Assembly: GCA_965226795.1 (NCBI GenBank)
Contig: CBDDDZ010000004.1
Coordinates: 512,001 to 576,000, forward strand
Origin: Candidatus Latescibacterota bacterium
GTDB taxonomy: Bacteria > Latescibacterota > UBA2968 > GCA-2709665
Direction: 5' to 3'
Length of the DNA: 64,000 nt
Program-made: the position numbers and the translations under genes
Part shown: positions 21,845 to 31,664 of the stretch, one piece after another
How positions within the stretch are numbered: position 1 is the first letter of the stretch
Layout of the letters: the number at the start of each line of letters is the position of its first letter
Notes under the pieces: model-generated
Databases searched by the model: none
What the model saw: the letters and a program-made list of their open reading frames with translations, nothing else
What the model was told of the DNA's origin: nothing

Positions 21845-22705
21845 TCAATGCCCGTGCGGCGCTTCCGTTCCATGAACAGCGGCGGATTCAACGAAGTAGA
21901 GGGCATAGGCAAGACCGATTCCCACGAGAAGGGATGCGATGAGCTTGCCGCGGTCGTGGCTGTGGAAATGGATCTCAGGGAGCAGATCGCTCAGAGCGAT
22001 GCATAGAAACGCGCCAGCGGCAAAAGCCAGCACATAGCCGACCACCGAGCCGTCGTCCAGGCCGAACAATCCCACGCCCCAGAAACTGGCAAGAGCTACC
22101 ACAGGGCACAGCAAGGCAAACCCGACGTTGACCGCCGTTCGCGCGCGCGCGCCATGACCGGCGAACTTCATCATCCCGATAATGGAGTACGCATCCAGCG
22201 GCTTGTGAAGCAGGATGGCGAGGAATACCCCGAGTGCGGGCAACGCCCCTCCGTCTTCATTCGTCGAACTCACCTGCATACTGGTGCCCAGGGCGACGCC
22301 TTCGGTTACCGTATGCACCCCCAGGCCCATGGCGACCCCTATCAGGCTGCGCGAATGTACGCCGGAATCGCCGTGGTCGTGATGATCGTAGAGACCGCTG
22401 GCTTCCGTGCTGAAGTCGTGCTGATGGAAATGGAAGATACGCAGAAGGAAGATCATCAGGACCATCCCGGCCACCACCCACGCCACGGCTCTTTCGACAA
22501 CCTCGGAGCCGGTGATGCGTTCGAGGCTGTGAGGGAAGAGATGAAACATGGCGATGCCGAGGATGAAGCCGGCCACGAGACTCATCAGAATCTGAATCCT
22601 CGTGTGGGTCATGGATCCCAGAACCGCCAGTTTCCCACCAACAAAGGAAACGGCAAAGATGCCGACTGAGTATCCCGCAACGATGAGCAGAGCGTCGTAA
22701 TCCAC
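21845..22705 (-). CDS. ZIP family metal transporter
   Basis: His-rich loop (HFHQH...HHDHGD); HTVTEGVALG, ILLHKPLD, DLLPE. Confidence 0.85.
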   Translation of the reverse strand: MDYDALLIVAGYSVGIFAVSFVGGKLAVLGSMTHTRIQILMSLVAGFILGIAMFHLFPHSLERITGSEVVERAVAWVVAGMVLMIFLLRIFHFHQHDFSTEASGLYDHHDHGDSGVHSRSLIGVAMGLGVHTVTEGVALGTSMQVSSTNEDGGALPALGVFLAILLHKPLDAYSIIGMMKFAGHGARARTAVNVGFALLCPVVALASFWGVGLFGLDDGSVVGYVLAFAAGAFLCIALSDLLPEIHFHSHDRGKLIASLLVGIGLAYALYFVESAAVHGTEAPHGH

Positions 22706-22779
22706 GATGAACTGACCTCAAATTGGCTTGAGAAGCCGTCCTCCCCTTTCAGGCGCCTGCGCACGGCCCCGGAACAGAT

Positions 22780-23421
22780 TCAGCAATAGCGACGAACTTT
22801 CGGCGGAATACAAATTCGGACCTGTTTTCGTGAAATGGCAGGGGTGCCGCAAAAGGCGTTAGCCCACTGGAACTTTTCGGGGGCAACCCTCGATCTGTGC
22901 CCCGGGTTGCCCCCTTTTGCAATCAATGCCGCCTGCTGCCGATCCTCCCCGGCCGCGAGGGCGCGATGCAAGTTCCGTACCACCTGCATGCTGGTGTCGT
23001 TGGCATTGGGCATCACCTCGGAGACCAGAATCCTGTCGTTCGGCGCGTCGATCCTCTTCTTCAACTCGTAGGACAAGACGAACGACAGATTGGCCATTAT
23101 GTATCTGTCGCCCAGGGAATGCGCCAGATTGATGATTTCAGCATTGGCGGCATAGGCGCCCACGATCAGGATGGACTTCACCTCCCGTACCGGCCACTTG
23201 TCGACCTTTACGAAGGGCCGGGGGGCGAGATAGTGCAGGCCCGGCTGCAGGTCCCGCCAGTAAACCTCGCCGAAAAGGCGACCGTAGCCGATCGAATTGG
23301 GTGGTACGGTTGTGAAACCGCTGCCCAGGAAAAGGCCGAGCAGCAATGCCCAGAGCATCAGGCCCATCGGCGCGGCCGGAGAAATGATGCCCACAATGAA
23401 ACGACTACGGGTCAGGCGGCC
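22780..23421 (-). pseudogene. Chimeric remnant: SPFH/HflK-like N-terminus joined to a periplasmic binding-protein-like fragment
   Basis: TM helix plus SGFTTVPPNSIGYGRLFGEV...PGLHY..P.PF..VD, then a switch near 23170 to IVGAYAANAEII...ANLSFV...VSEVMP; same frame as the upstream permease. Confidence 0.5.
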
Positions 23422-24738
23422 CTATACCTTTCGCCACAGTCCGGAGAGCGGTCGGATATTCAGAACCAAGTCCTCCCAACCGCTGCGGAGCGCGCCCGCC
23501 CGGAAACGCCAGACGATTAAAACGACGAGAATTACCGCGCCCGCCCATTGCAGGAACTGTATGGCCGGCGAATGAGACCCGCCAAGGTTTACGGGAACCA
23601 TTATGCCCGTGGCCAGAAGCAGCGCATCGACAATAATGCCGAGTGCAACCGTAACGGCGATGACAGTCGAGACATAAATGGACGCGAAACGCCCGCCGAA
23701 CTGACTGACGATAATCGCGATCGTACCGGAATTGGTGGCCGGCCCGGTCATGAGAAAAATCAGCGCCGCCCCGGGGCTGAATCCCTTGGCGACGAGGGCC
23801 GCGGCGATCGGCGTACTCGCGGATGCACAGATATAGAGAGGAACGCCGATCAGCACCATTACGGGATAGGAGACCCAGCGGGCGTATTCGTTCGACATCA
23901 GATCGCTCGGAATCACCAGGAAGAGCACCCCGCCCAGCGCGACACCAACCAACAGTGCGAAGAGAATGTCGTCTGCAATCTCCACGAAACCGTAGCGAAA
24001 GACGTGCTTCACCAGCTTTTTGAAGTCGAGCGAGTGATCGTCGGAGGACTTGTCGCTGGAAGTAGCCTTTCCGGCCTCGGACGCCTGCAGTTCGTCGTGA
24101 TAGAAGGCCGGCTTCACCCAGGTGAGGGACTTCCAGCGGCCGGCCGCCGAAGCGACGCCCTTCAGCCATTGCACGAAAAGGACTTTCAGCCGCGAAAAGC
24201 TGACGTAACAGTCGTCATTTTCGGGAATGAGCGGCTCGTGCGAACCGTGATCGTGGTCGCAACAGTGGTCATGGTGGTCGTCATGTTCGCTATGGTGCGA
24301 CCCGGCTTCATCGTGGCCGTTTCGTATAAGGCCGATACAAAAGATCCCGGCGACGACTGCCGTGACGAAGCTGATAACCGGACGGACGACCGCGGCGACA
24401 AATCCGAAGAAGGCGTTTGTAACCAGGATTGAGTCCGCCCCCGTCTCCGGCGCAGTGATCAGGAAAGACATGCAGGACGAACGGGACGCACCCTTCCTCC
24501 GCATCTCGGCAACCACAGGTACAACCGAACAACTGCACAAAGGTACGGGCACGCCGACGGCCGAACTCACGGCCACGGATTTCAGACTGTCGTCTTTGAG
24601 CCAGCGGAGAATGGCCTCCCGCGAGATGAACACATGGATCAGACCGGAGAGGAACAACCCCAGCAACAGCATGGGCGCCAACAGCATGAAGGACATCCAG
24701 AGAAAGTCAAAAAAACCGGCGAACGTCTGCAGAATCAC
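23422..24738 (-). CDS. DUF318/ArsP-type (SO_0444-like) metal permease with His/Cys-rich insert
   Basis: PLCSCSVVP, FLITAPETG, PLYICASASTP, LMTGPATN; HHSEHDDHHDHCCDHDH. Confidence 0.85.
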   Translation of the reverse strand: MILQTFAGFFDFLWMSFMLLAPMLLLGLFLSGLIHVFISREAILRWLKDDSLKSVAVSSAVGVPVPLCSCSVVPVVAEMRRKGASRSSCMSFLITAPETGADSILVTNAFFGFVAAVVRPVISFVTAVVAGIFCIGLIRNGHDEAGSHHSEHDDHHDHCCDHDHGSHEPLIPENDDCYVSFSRLKVLFVQWLKGVASAAGRWKSLTWVKPAFYHDELQASEAGKATSSDKSSDDHSLDFKKLVKHVFRYGFVEIADDILFALLVGVALGGVLFLVIPSDLMSNEYARWVSYPVMVLIGVPLYICASASTPIAAALVAKGFSPGAALIFLMTGPATNSGTIAIIVSQFGGRFASIYVSTVIAVTVALGIIVDALLLATGIMVPVNLGGSHSPAIQFLQWAGAVILVVLIVWRFRAGALRSGWEDLVLNIRPLSGLWRKV

Positions 24739-24944
24739 TCAATTGCCTCCTGTGCAACGGCAGAAGCGAGCCGACGCTTGGAAGAAGTTTCAGAAACCGT
24801 GGGCTGAAGGTGGGACGGGGAAAACGACTGACATCGCCCTGCGCGCCGCTGCGCCGGCCTCAAACGGTTAGCGTTGTCGCCTTCGGTCAGACGGGCGTAT
24901 CCACGGACACAAATGCCGGCTCCACTTCAGAGACCGGACCGGAA

Positions 24945-24973
24945 AAAATAATGATTACCAAAATTCAAGTCAA
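24945..24973 (-). promoter_or_regulatory. Sigma70-like promoter of the permease/ZIP operon overlapping a Fur/Zur-like box
   Basis: Minus strand TTGACT-N17-TATTTT; ATAATGATTACCAAAAT (24948-24964) matches 13/17 of the Fur-box core. Confidence 0.45.
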
Positions 24974-25204
24974 GGACAATATATATACCTAAATATAGGA
25001 TATTTTATCACCGCTGCAAGGGGGCGAAACCCTTTTCGACGAGCCCCGGAATCGGTATGGTCGCGCCGACAGTACGACGGCGGCAGGCCGCTCACGGTTT
25101 CGATTTCACCTTCCAGATTACGTTTGGTAACGAAGGCGGGAACCACGGCTTGACTTCGGCACGGAATCCGTTCCGGGGATCGGCAGGCTCAGGGTCGGAG
25201 TCGC

Positions 25205-25409
25205 CTAGTGTTCTGTCCCGGAAATAGATTGCCTAAATTCGGCCGTCGAGTCGCCCGGCTCGCATCCTTCGACAGGCTCAGGAACCAGCGCCTTCGACCT
25301 GCGCAAGGTCGGCGAGCGAGGGCACTTCGACAAGCTCAGCGCAAGCAACGCAGCGAGACGGGATGAACCGCCGGACGAATGGTGACACATTTCTGAGACG
25401 GGACACTAA
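25205..25409. mobile_element. MITE-like repeat, copy 2 (best preserved; TA-flanked imperfect terminal inverted repeats)
   Basis: TA|GTGTTCTGTCCCGGAAAT ... ATTTCTGAGACGGGACAC|TA; internal CTTCGACAGGCTCAG and CTTCGACAAGCTCAG REP-like motifs; no transposase. Confidence 0.8.
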
Positions 25410-26161
25410 GCTGTGCTCCGGACATAACGCGGGCGGTTGTGCATCGGGCGGAACCCGATCCTTTTGTAGACCCTTTCGGCTGCACTGTCAGCCGCGACTT
25501 CGAGCACGGTCCAGCGATTGCCCATCGCCTGCGAGTCCGCAACTGCGCGCGCGGTCAATGAAGAGGCCACGCCTTTGCGGCGGTGTTGCGGCAGGGTGCC
25601 GACGAAGTCCACGCAACCCATGCCGTATCGGGAGTACAGCAATGCGGTTCCCGCCGCCTCGCCTTCCACGTATGCGAGATAGAGCCGCACTTCGGGAATG
25701 TCGAGGACCTGCCGGCCCAGGGCGCCCACGTCATCGGGAAAGTCGAAGCTGCGACACATGGTGTTTGCCCAGATCCCGTACCGGCCGGGATCCGGTTCTT
25801 CTATCTGAACGCATCCGGGTGCGACGGGTTGTGCGGCCCGGTCGCAGTGCATCGCCAGGGCCTGCAATGCCAACGTGAAACCCCTTCGTTTCAATCGTGC
25901 CGAAAGATCAGTGGGTCGGTCCATGGGCGAAAGGGTAAACGCGCACTCGAAATCCCTTTCCCTGAAATAGGCGAGGGCGTTGTCGATCATCGTATCCACT
26001 CCTGAGTCGGACACGTCTATCTGTACGACGCGGTGCAGCATGGGCACTTTGACGCACTCGTGGCTCAATGCCATGGCCCCGCCCAGGTCGTGGCTGTCGC
26101 ACCAGCGGGCGCGGAAACCGACCCAGAGTTTTTCGAAAATTTCCGTGAATTGACCGGACAT
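25406..26161 (-). CDS. GNAT family N-acetyltransferase
   Basis: VGTLPQHRRKGVA acetyl-CoA motif and VYKRIGF. Confidence 0.85.
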   Translation of the reverse strand: MSGQFTEIFEKLWVGFRARWCDSHDLGGAMALSHECVKVPMLHRVVQIDVSDSGVDTMIDNALAYFRERDFECAFTLSPMDRPTDLSARLKRRGFTLALQALAMHCDRAAQPVAPGCVQIEEPDPGRYGIWANTMCRSFDFPDDVGALGRQVLDIPEVRLYLAYVEGEAAGTALLYSRYGMGCVDFVGTLPQHRRKGVASSLTARAVADSQAMGNRWTVLEVAADSAAERVYKRIGFRPMHNRPRYVRSTA

Positions 26162-26484
26162 ACGGTGTGAAGATATGTGAACTTCCGCTCCGCTTCGTAT
26201 TGCAGCGGAAGCCCTGCCGCTTCCCATTCAAGCTAACGACTGCGCAGATCGGGTGAAGCCATCCTATACGTCTAAAACGGGTTTTTGAGGGCTTTTGGAC
26301 CGACATCCATTGCCAAAGTGTGCCATATTGGTATATTTCCTTCTCCGCCGAATAAGATCGACCATATGAAAATCGCGGGCGATCGGTCCTTGTCTGAAGC
26401 CGGCGGGGAGAAACGACGAACGGCCTCGAAGAAAGGTGGATCGATGAGTCATTTCATTGCATGCGGCAATCGGGGTTTTGCACC

Positions 26485-27453
26485 ATGAGATTCATTGTAA
26501 CGGGCAGCAACGGCTTCATCGGCCAGAATACATGCCGTAGCCTGATCGAACTCGGACACGATGTCATCGGTGTCGACGACCTATCTTCCGGATCGGCTGC
26601 CAACGGCGTCGAAGGCGTTCAATACCACGTCCACAGCGTTGTGGATGCGGAATGGCTCGTGCGGCTCCTGAAGAACACGGTTCCGGACGCGGTCCTTCAC
26701 CTTGCGGCGAAGCCGCGTGTTCCGGACTCTGTGAAGAATCCGCTGCGCAGCGCGGAGGCGAACACAATGGGAACCCTGTCCGTGCTCAACGCGATTTTAA
26801 AGACCGGGCTGACGGGGAGAACACGCCTGGTCTTCGCCAGCAGCAGCGCGGTCTGTGGCGACGCTTCGCTTCTTCCCACGCCGGAGGCATGCCCCTCGAA
26901 CCCGCAGTCGCCCTATGCGCTGGCGAAGCTGCACGGCGAGCAGTGGTGCGGCATGTTTCATCGATTGTATGGACTGGATGTCGTAAGCCTGCGATATTTC
27001 AACGTATTCGGACCCGGCGGGCTTTTTGGCGGCGCCTACTCAACCGTATTGTCGGCGTGGTCCTATCACCTGTTCGTGAATCCGACGTACCAGCCCTTCC
27101 TGGAAGGGGACGGTACCCAGACAAGGGACTTCTGCTTTGTCGACAACGTCGTGCAGGCGAATGTCGCCGCTGCAACCCGTGAACGCGGCTTCGCGGCGGA
27201 CGTGCTGAACGTGGGCCAGGGTGAAGCCCACTCCCTGCTGGAGGTGAAGGACGTTCTCGAGCAGGTTGCAGGCAGAGAACTCCCCCTTGAACGCCGTCCG
27301 CCTCGTGTCGGCGACGTGGCACACACGCTGGCCGACATTTCACGGGCGCGGGAGGAACTCGGGTTCGAGCCGTCGACCGACTTCTACCACCAGGTCGAAC
27401 GCACCGCGATATGGCACCGTGATTGTTATCCCCAACGGCCGTCGGAGCGTTAG
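26485..27453 (+). CDS. NAD-dependent epimerase/dehydratase (UDP-sugar 4-epimerase-like)
   Basis: VTGSNGFIG, YALAK (YxxxK), LRYFNVFGP, GDGTQTRDF. Confidence 0.9.
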   Translation: MRFIVTGSNGFIGQNTCRSLIELGHDVIGVDDLSSGSAANGVEGVQYHVHSVVDAEWLVRLLKNTVPDAVLHLAAKPRVPDSVKNPLRSAEANTMGTLSVLNAILKTGLTGRTRLVFASSSAVCGDASLLPTPEACPSNPQSPYALAKLHGEQWCGMFHRLYGLDVVSLRYFNVFGPGGLFGGAYSTVLSAWSYHLFVNPTYQPFLEGDGTQTRDFCFVDNVVQANVAAATRERGFAADVLNVGQGEAHSLLEVKDVLEQVAGRELPLERRPPRVGDVAHTLADISRAREELGFEPSTDFYHQVERTAIWHRDCYPQRPSER

Positions 27454-27545
27454 GGCGGGAAGGGAAAGACCAGACAGGTAAAGGGAGAGGATCTTTTCGC
27501 CGCGAACGTCTGAAGGCAGGTACCCCGACGACCGGGCTGGAAAAT

Positions 27546-27622
27546 TGGTGGGCGATACTGGATTCGAACCAGTGACCTCCTGCTTGTAAGGCAGGCGCTC
27601 TAACCAGCTGAGCTAACCGCCC
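27546..27622 (-). tRNA. tRNA-Val(TAC)
   Basis: GGGCGGTTAGCTCAGCTGGTTAGAGCGCCTGCCTTACAAGCAGGAGGTCACTGGTTCGAATCCAGTATCGCCCACCA; cloverleaf, encoded CCA. Confidence 0.97.
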
Positions 27623-27924
27623 ATGGACTTTTCGGACGCATCTTCGGTGGGTTTTTTTGACCCGCCCAACAGCAGCCCGAGAGGGATCAGCACACAGTAC
27701 CCTATCACCAGCAGAACAGGCGCAAGCGTGAGTGAAAGGAAACCGTCGACGGGCGGTTGGGACAGGCACAGGTAACCGATAAGGATCGTACCCACGCCCG
27801 CGCCAAGGAAGGTCCAGTTCCTGCGGGAATAGGGCAGGGGACTCCGGGCAGGCTCCCGCCGCTGCGTCTGCCCCCTGCGCCCGGTGCGGCCGCGAGGGCG
27901 TCGTCCTGGATTGCGCGTCGCCAT
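27613..27924 (-). CDS. DUF3098-like small membrane protein
   Basis: Two TM helices (NWTFLGAGVGTILIGY; SLTLAPVLLVIGY); lies downstream of rplS. Confidence 0.65.
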   Translation of the reverse strand: MATRNPGRRPRGRTGRRGQTQRREPARSPLPYSRRNWTFLGAGVGTILIGYLCLSQPPVDGFLSLTLAPVLLVIGYCVLIPLGLLLGGSKKPTEDASEKSMGG

Positions 27925-27946
27925 CCGGTGAACCGATTCCCTTCGA

Positions 27947-28300
27947 CTAAGCGGTCCGTTTTTCCGGAATCCTTGCGGCTCTGCCCTTCAGCGCGCGCAG
28001 ATACTTAATACGTGTACGGCGCACCTTGCCGCGTCGAATCGACTCGACCCTCGCCACGCGCGGTGAGTGGAGCGGAAAAATCCGCTCGACGCCCACGCCA
28101 CCCACCCCCACCTTTCGTACCGTGAAAGTCTCGTGGATCCCGTGTCCCCGACGCTGGATCACCACGCCTTCGAACAACTGCGTTCGCACCTTCTCGCCTT
28201 CAACCACCCGTACATGCACCCGCACGGTGTCCCCGGCGCCAAACGGCGGCACGTCGGACTTGATCTGATCCTCCGTTAAGGATCTCAACAACGCGTCCAT
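27947..28300 (-). CDS. rplS: 50S ribosomal protein L19
   Basis: [31 protein letters not shown]. Confidence 0.97.
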   Translation of the reverse strand: MDALLRSLTEDQIKSDVPPFGAGDTVRVHVRVVEGEKVRTQLFEGVVIQRRGHGIHETFTVRKVGVGGVGVERIFPLHSPRVARVESIRRGKVRRTRIKYLRALKGRAARIPEKRTA

Positions 28301-28394
28301 GGTGACACTCCTGAAACGATGAAAAACACCTGACGAAAAAACTGCCGCTATCTGCCCGTTGGATGCACTGTGAAAATTCTACAACCAACGTCAG

Positions 28395-29132
28395 TTACTT
28401 CCCGTGCCCTCCAACATTGTCCTTTTCTGAACCGGCCCTGTCTCCGACGCCTTTTCTTTTTAACAGATCCGGACGCCGTTCCCGGGTCCGTTGCACCGCC
28501 GTGTCGTGCCGCCATCCTGCAATCCTCTGATGGTCGCCACTCAACAGAACATCGGGAACAGGCAAGCCCTCAAACTCTCTGGGCTTCGTATACCACGGAC
28601 AATCAAGAAGCCCGTTCTGAAACGAATCCTCCAGGGCGGATTCCGCATCTCCGATGGCCCCGGGGATCAATCGCACGATCGCGTCCAGCAACACCAGCGC
28701 GGGCAATTCGCCGCCACTCAACACGTAATCGCCCACCGAAACTTCTTCGGTAACGTACAAATCGCGAACACGTTCGTCAATACCCCGATACCGTCCGCAC
28801 AAAAACACCAGATTCGGCGCAACGGACAATCGGTTCACGGTCTTCTGATCCAGCCGCTTCCCCTCCGGCGTCAGGAAAATCACGTGCTCCAGCGGCCGCC
28901 CGGCGTCTTGAATGGCGGCCAGCGCCCGGGCAATGGGCCCGGGCTTGAACACCATTCCCGCTCCGCCGCCGTAGGGTGTATCGTCCACCGTACGGTGAAC
29001 GTCATCGGTGAAATCCCGCAAATCGTGCGCAACGACGTCAACCAGACCCGCCCGGATCGCACGACCCGAAATGCCATACGCAGCCACGTCTCGAATCAGA
29101 TCCGGAAATATGGTGAGGAAGTCGATATACAT
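28395..29132 (-). CDS. trmD: tRNA (guanine37-N1)-methyltransferase
   Basis: VDDTPYGGGAGM, CGRYRGIDER, SVGDYVLSGGE. Confidence 0.97.
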   Translation of the reverse strand: MYIDFLTIFPDLIRDVAAYGISGRAIRAGLVDVVAHDLRDFTDDVHRTVDDTPYGGGAGMVFKPGPIARALAAIQDAGRPLEHVIFLTPEGKRLDQKTVNRLSVAPNLVFLCGRYRGIDERVRDLYVTEEVSVGDYVLSGGELPALVLLDAIVRLIPGAIGDAESALEDSFQNGLLDCPWYTKPREFEGLPVPDVLLSGDHQRIAGWRHDTAVQRTRERRPDLLKRKGVGDRAGSEKDNVGGHGK

Positions 29133-29168
29133 GGGCTCTACCCGGTCGCATAGAAGCTTTCCCGCATT

Positions 29169-29699
29169 CTAATCCAGGAGTCCCTCAACGTTCTTCACGA
29201 CCAGACGCCCGCCCTCCAGGTCGATCCGAACCAGATCCCGTGCGGCGGGTACCAAAAGTTCCCTTCCATCTTCCCTGTTGACCACGTACAGATCGTTTCC
29301 GGGATGGGAAATCACATCGATCACCTGCCCGACTTCCAAACCTGCTTCCGTCTCAACCTTCAACCCCACGATCTCAAAAACATAAAACGTATCTTCAGGA
29401 AGCCGGTACACCTCGTCGGCGGTGACCAGCAACTCGCTTCCCCGAAGCGGCGCAACAGCGGCGGGCGTGTCTATATCGAGGAATTTTATGGCCATACGCC
29501 GTCCAAGGTTCCGAACCCGGTCGATCCCGAGTGTCACCCGGTTCCCGTCGGGTTTTTCGACCAGAACTTGCTTGAGATCCTCAAACCGTTCCGGAAAATC
29601 CGTCAGAGGATGCAGGAACGCCTCACCCCGGAGGCCTTTGGGTTTCAGAACTCTGCCGATGGCGACGTATCGTTCCCGATCTGCCGGATTTCGGGACAA
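29169..29699 (-). CDS. rimM: Ribosome maturation factor RimM
   Basis: GRVLKPKGLRGE, FYVFEIVGL, GNDLYVV; conserved synteny. Confidence 0.93.
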   Translation of the reverse strand: MSRNPADRERYVAIGRVLKPKGLRGEAFLHPLTDFPERFEDLKQVLVEKPDGNRVTLGIDRVRNLGRRMAIKFLDIDTPAAVAPLRGSELLVTADEVYRLPEDTFYVFEIVGLKVETEAGLEVGQVIDVISHPGNDLYVVNREDGRELLVPAARDLVRIDLEGGRLVVKNVEGLLD

Positions 29700-29702
29700 G
29701 GA

Positions 29703-30008
29703 CTATTCCTCGGCTTCAGGTTCGGTTTCGGCCGATTCGTCCGTATCCGTTTCGGATGTGCTGCCCGGGCTCAGTATTCCCTGCTGCCGAAGCAGACTCT
29801 TCACCGTTCCTGACGGCTCAGCGCCCAAATCCAGCCAGTGGCGCGTCCGCTCAGCGTTCAACCGTAAAACCTCCGGATTCTCGGTTGGATCGTAATATCC
29901 CAGGCTTTCAATGAACCGACCGTCCCTTGGGGACCGGCTGTCTGCGACCACGACCCTGTAAAACGGCGCATTCCTGGCTCCTTTTCGGGTCAATCGAATC
30001 CTTACCAA
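29703..30008 (-). CDS. rpsP: 30S ribosomal protein S16
   Basis: [10 protein letters not shown]...[23 protein letters not shown] start after AGGAGG. Confidence 0.97.
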   Translation of the reverse strand: MVRIRLTRKGARNAPFYRVVVADSRSPRDGRFIESLGYYDPTENPEVLRLNAERTRHWLDLGAEPSGTVKSLLRQQGILSPGSTSETDTDESAETEPEAEE

Positions 30009-30335
30009 AATCCATCCTCCTAATTTGAAAACAAGCTGTCAGCCTTCAGCTTTCAGCGGTCAGACCACCCATCCCACAACCATTCGGGGGTCGGGTGGAA
30101 GGGGCTGACCGCTGCATGCCGAGCGCTTATCGCTTAGAGACTCACACATCAGCCGATGCAACAACCTTATGGTGTACGAACGGCATTGTTGACTACTTGG
30201 ATGCCATGCATCTCGACGATTTCAACATCTGTTTCAACGACCCGGAATTCAAGAACGCGCAGACGAACGCGATTGTTGGATGCCAATCGCATTGCCGGTC
30301 AGCCGGCCGCTGCTTTCCTGAAAATGGACTTCGAT

Positions 30336-31664
30336 TCAACCCAGAAACGGAACAGGCGCACCGCGGCCCTGTTTCTCCGTCCGCGACATCCGTTTCATCA
30401 TCTTGCGAATCATCCCGAACTGCTTGATCAACCTGTTGACTTCCTGGATGCTACACCCGCTGCCTTTCGCAATGCGTCGGCGCCTGCTACCGTTCAGGAT
30501 CTGGGGGCCTGCCCGTTCCTGCCGTGTCATTGACAGGATAATCGCTTCAGTATGCACAAACGCGTCTTCATCCAACTGCATGCCCTTCATTGCCTTTCCC
30601 GCCCCGGGGATCAGGTCCATCAGCTGGTTTAATGGCCCCATCTTGCGAACCTGATCCAGCTGCTGCAGAAAGTCGTCGAATGTAAATGCGGCGCTTCGCA
30701 GCTTCTTCTCGAGCTTCTGCGCCTGATTCACATCCACCGCGTCCTGAGCCCGCTCCACCAGCGTCACGACGTCGCCCATACCCAGAATCCGGGAGGCCAT
30801 CCGATCCGGATGAAACGGCTCGATGCCGTCCACCTTTTCGCTGACGCCCACGTACTTGATGGGTACACCCGTGACTTCACGGATCGACAGCGCCGCGCCA
30901 CCGCGCGTATCGCTATCGAGACGCGTAAGTACCACTCCCGTAAAGTTGAGTTGCTCGTAAAACGCCGTCGCCGCTGAAACCGCATCCTGCCCTGTCATCC
31001 CGTCCGCCACAAACAGAATCTCACCCGGCGAAACCGCGTCACGTATCCGCTCCAACTCCCCCATCCGCTCATCGTCCACGTGCAACCGGCCGGCCGTATC
31101 CAGAATCACGGGGTCCATCCCGTCCGCGTGCGCCGCGTCCACGGCCTCGGCGCAAATCAAGGCCGGATCGGTCCCCTCCGCCGCCCGGTGGACCGGCACG
31201 TCTATTGACGCGCCGAGTACGCAAAGCTGGTCGATAGCTGCCGGTCGGTAAATATCAGCGGCCACAAGGAGCGGCCGCAGTCCCTTCCCTTTCAGGAGTC
31301 GAGCCAGCTTGGCGCACAGCGTCGTCTTGCCCGACCCCTGCAGGCCGACAACCATCACGACGTTGGGCGCCGATCCCGTCAGATTCAACCCCTGGTGCTC
31401 GTCTCCCATGAGGTGAATCAACTCGTCGTGGACGACCTTGACTACCTGCTGGCCGGGCGTAATGCTTCGCAACACCTCCCGCCCGATCGCCCGCTCTCTT
31501 ACACGGGCAATAAACGACCGCGCCACTTTATAGTTGACGTCCGCCTCCAGGAGCGCGCGGCGTACGTCTCTTAGCGCTTCATCGATATTGGCTTCGGCCA
31601 ACCTGCCCCGGCCACGAAGCTTTTTGAAAACCCCTTCCAGCTTTTCCGTGAGATGATCGAACAT
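30336..31664 (-). CDS. ffh: Signal recognition particle protein
   Basis: MFDHLTEKL start; ALLEADV, GLQGSGKTT, DTAGR, SRILGMGD, RRRRIAKGSG. Confidence 0.97.
   Translation of the reverse strand: MFDHLTEKLEGVFKKLRGRGRLAEANIDEALRDVRRALLEADVNYKVARSFIARVRERAIGREVLRSITPGQQVVKVVHDELIHLMGDEHQGLNLTGSAPNVVMVVGLQGSGKTTLCAKLARLLKGKGLRPLLVAADIYRPAAIDQLCVLGASIDVPVHRAAEGTDPALICAEAVDAAHADGMDPVILDTAGRLHVDDERMGELERIRDAVSPGEILFVADGMTGQDAVSAATAFYEQLNFTGVVLTRLDSDTRGGAALSIREVTGVPIKYVGVSEKVDGIEPFHPDRMASRILGMGDVVTLVERAQDAVDVNQAQKLEKKLRSAAFTFDDFLQQLDQVRKMGPLNQLMDLIPGAGKAMKGMQLDEDAFVHTEAIILSMTRQERAGPQILNGSRRRRIAKGSGCSIQEVNRLIKQFGMIRKMMKRMSRTEKQGRGAPVPFLG

Noticed and set aside
8513..27545. Genomic island integrated at tRNA-Val
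   Set aside because: No duplicate of the tRNA 3' end and no integrase were found by eye in this window.
30130..30335. SRP RNA next to ffh (GGAAAGCAGC on the minus strand)
   Set aside because: The CAGG-stem-GNRA arrangement of the conserved SRP helix is missing.
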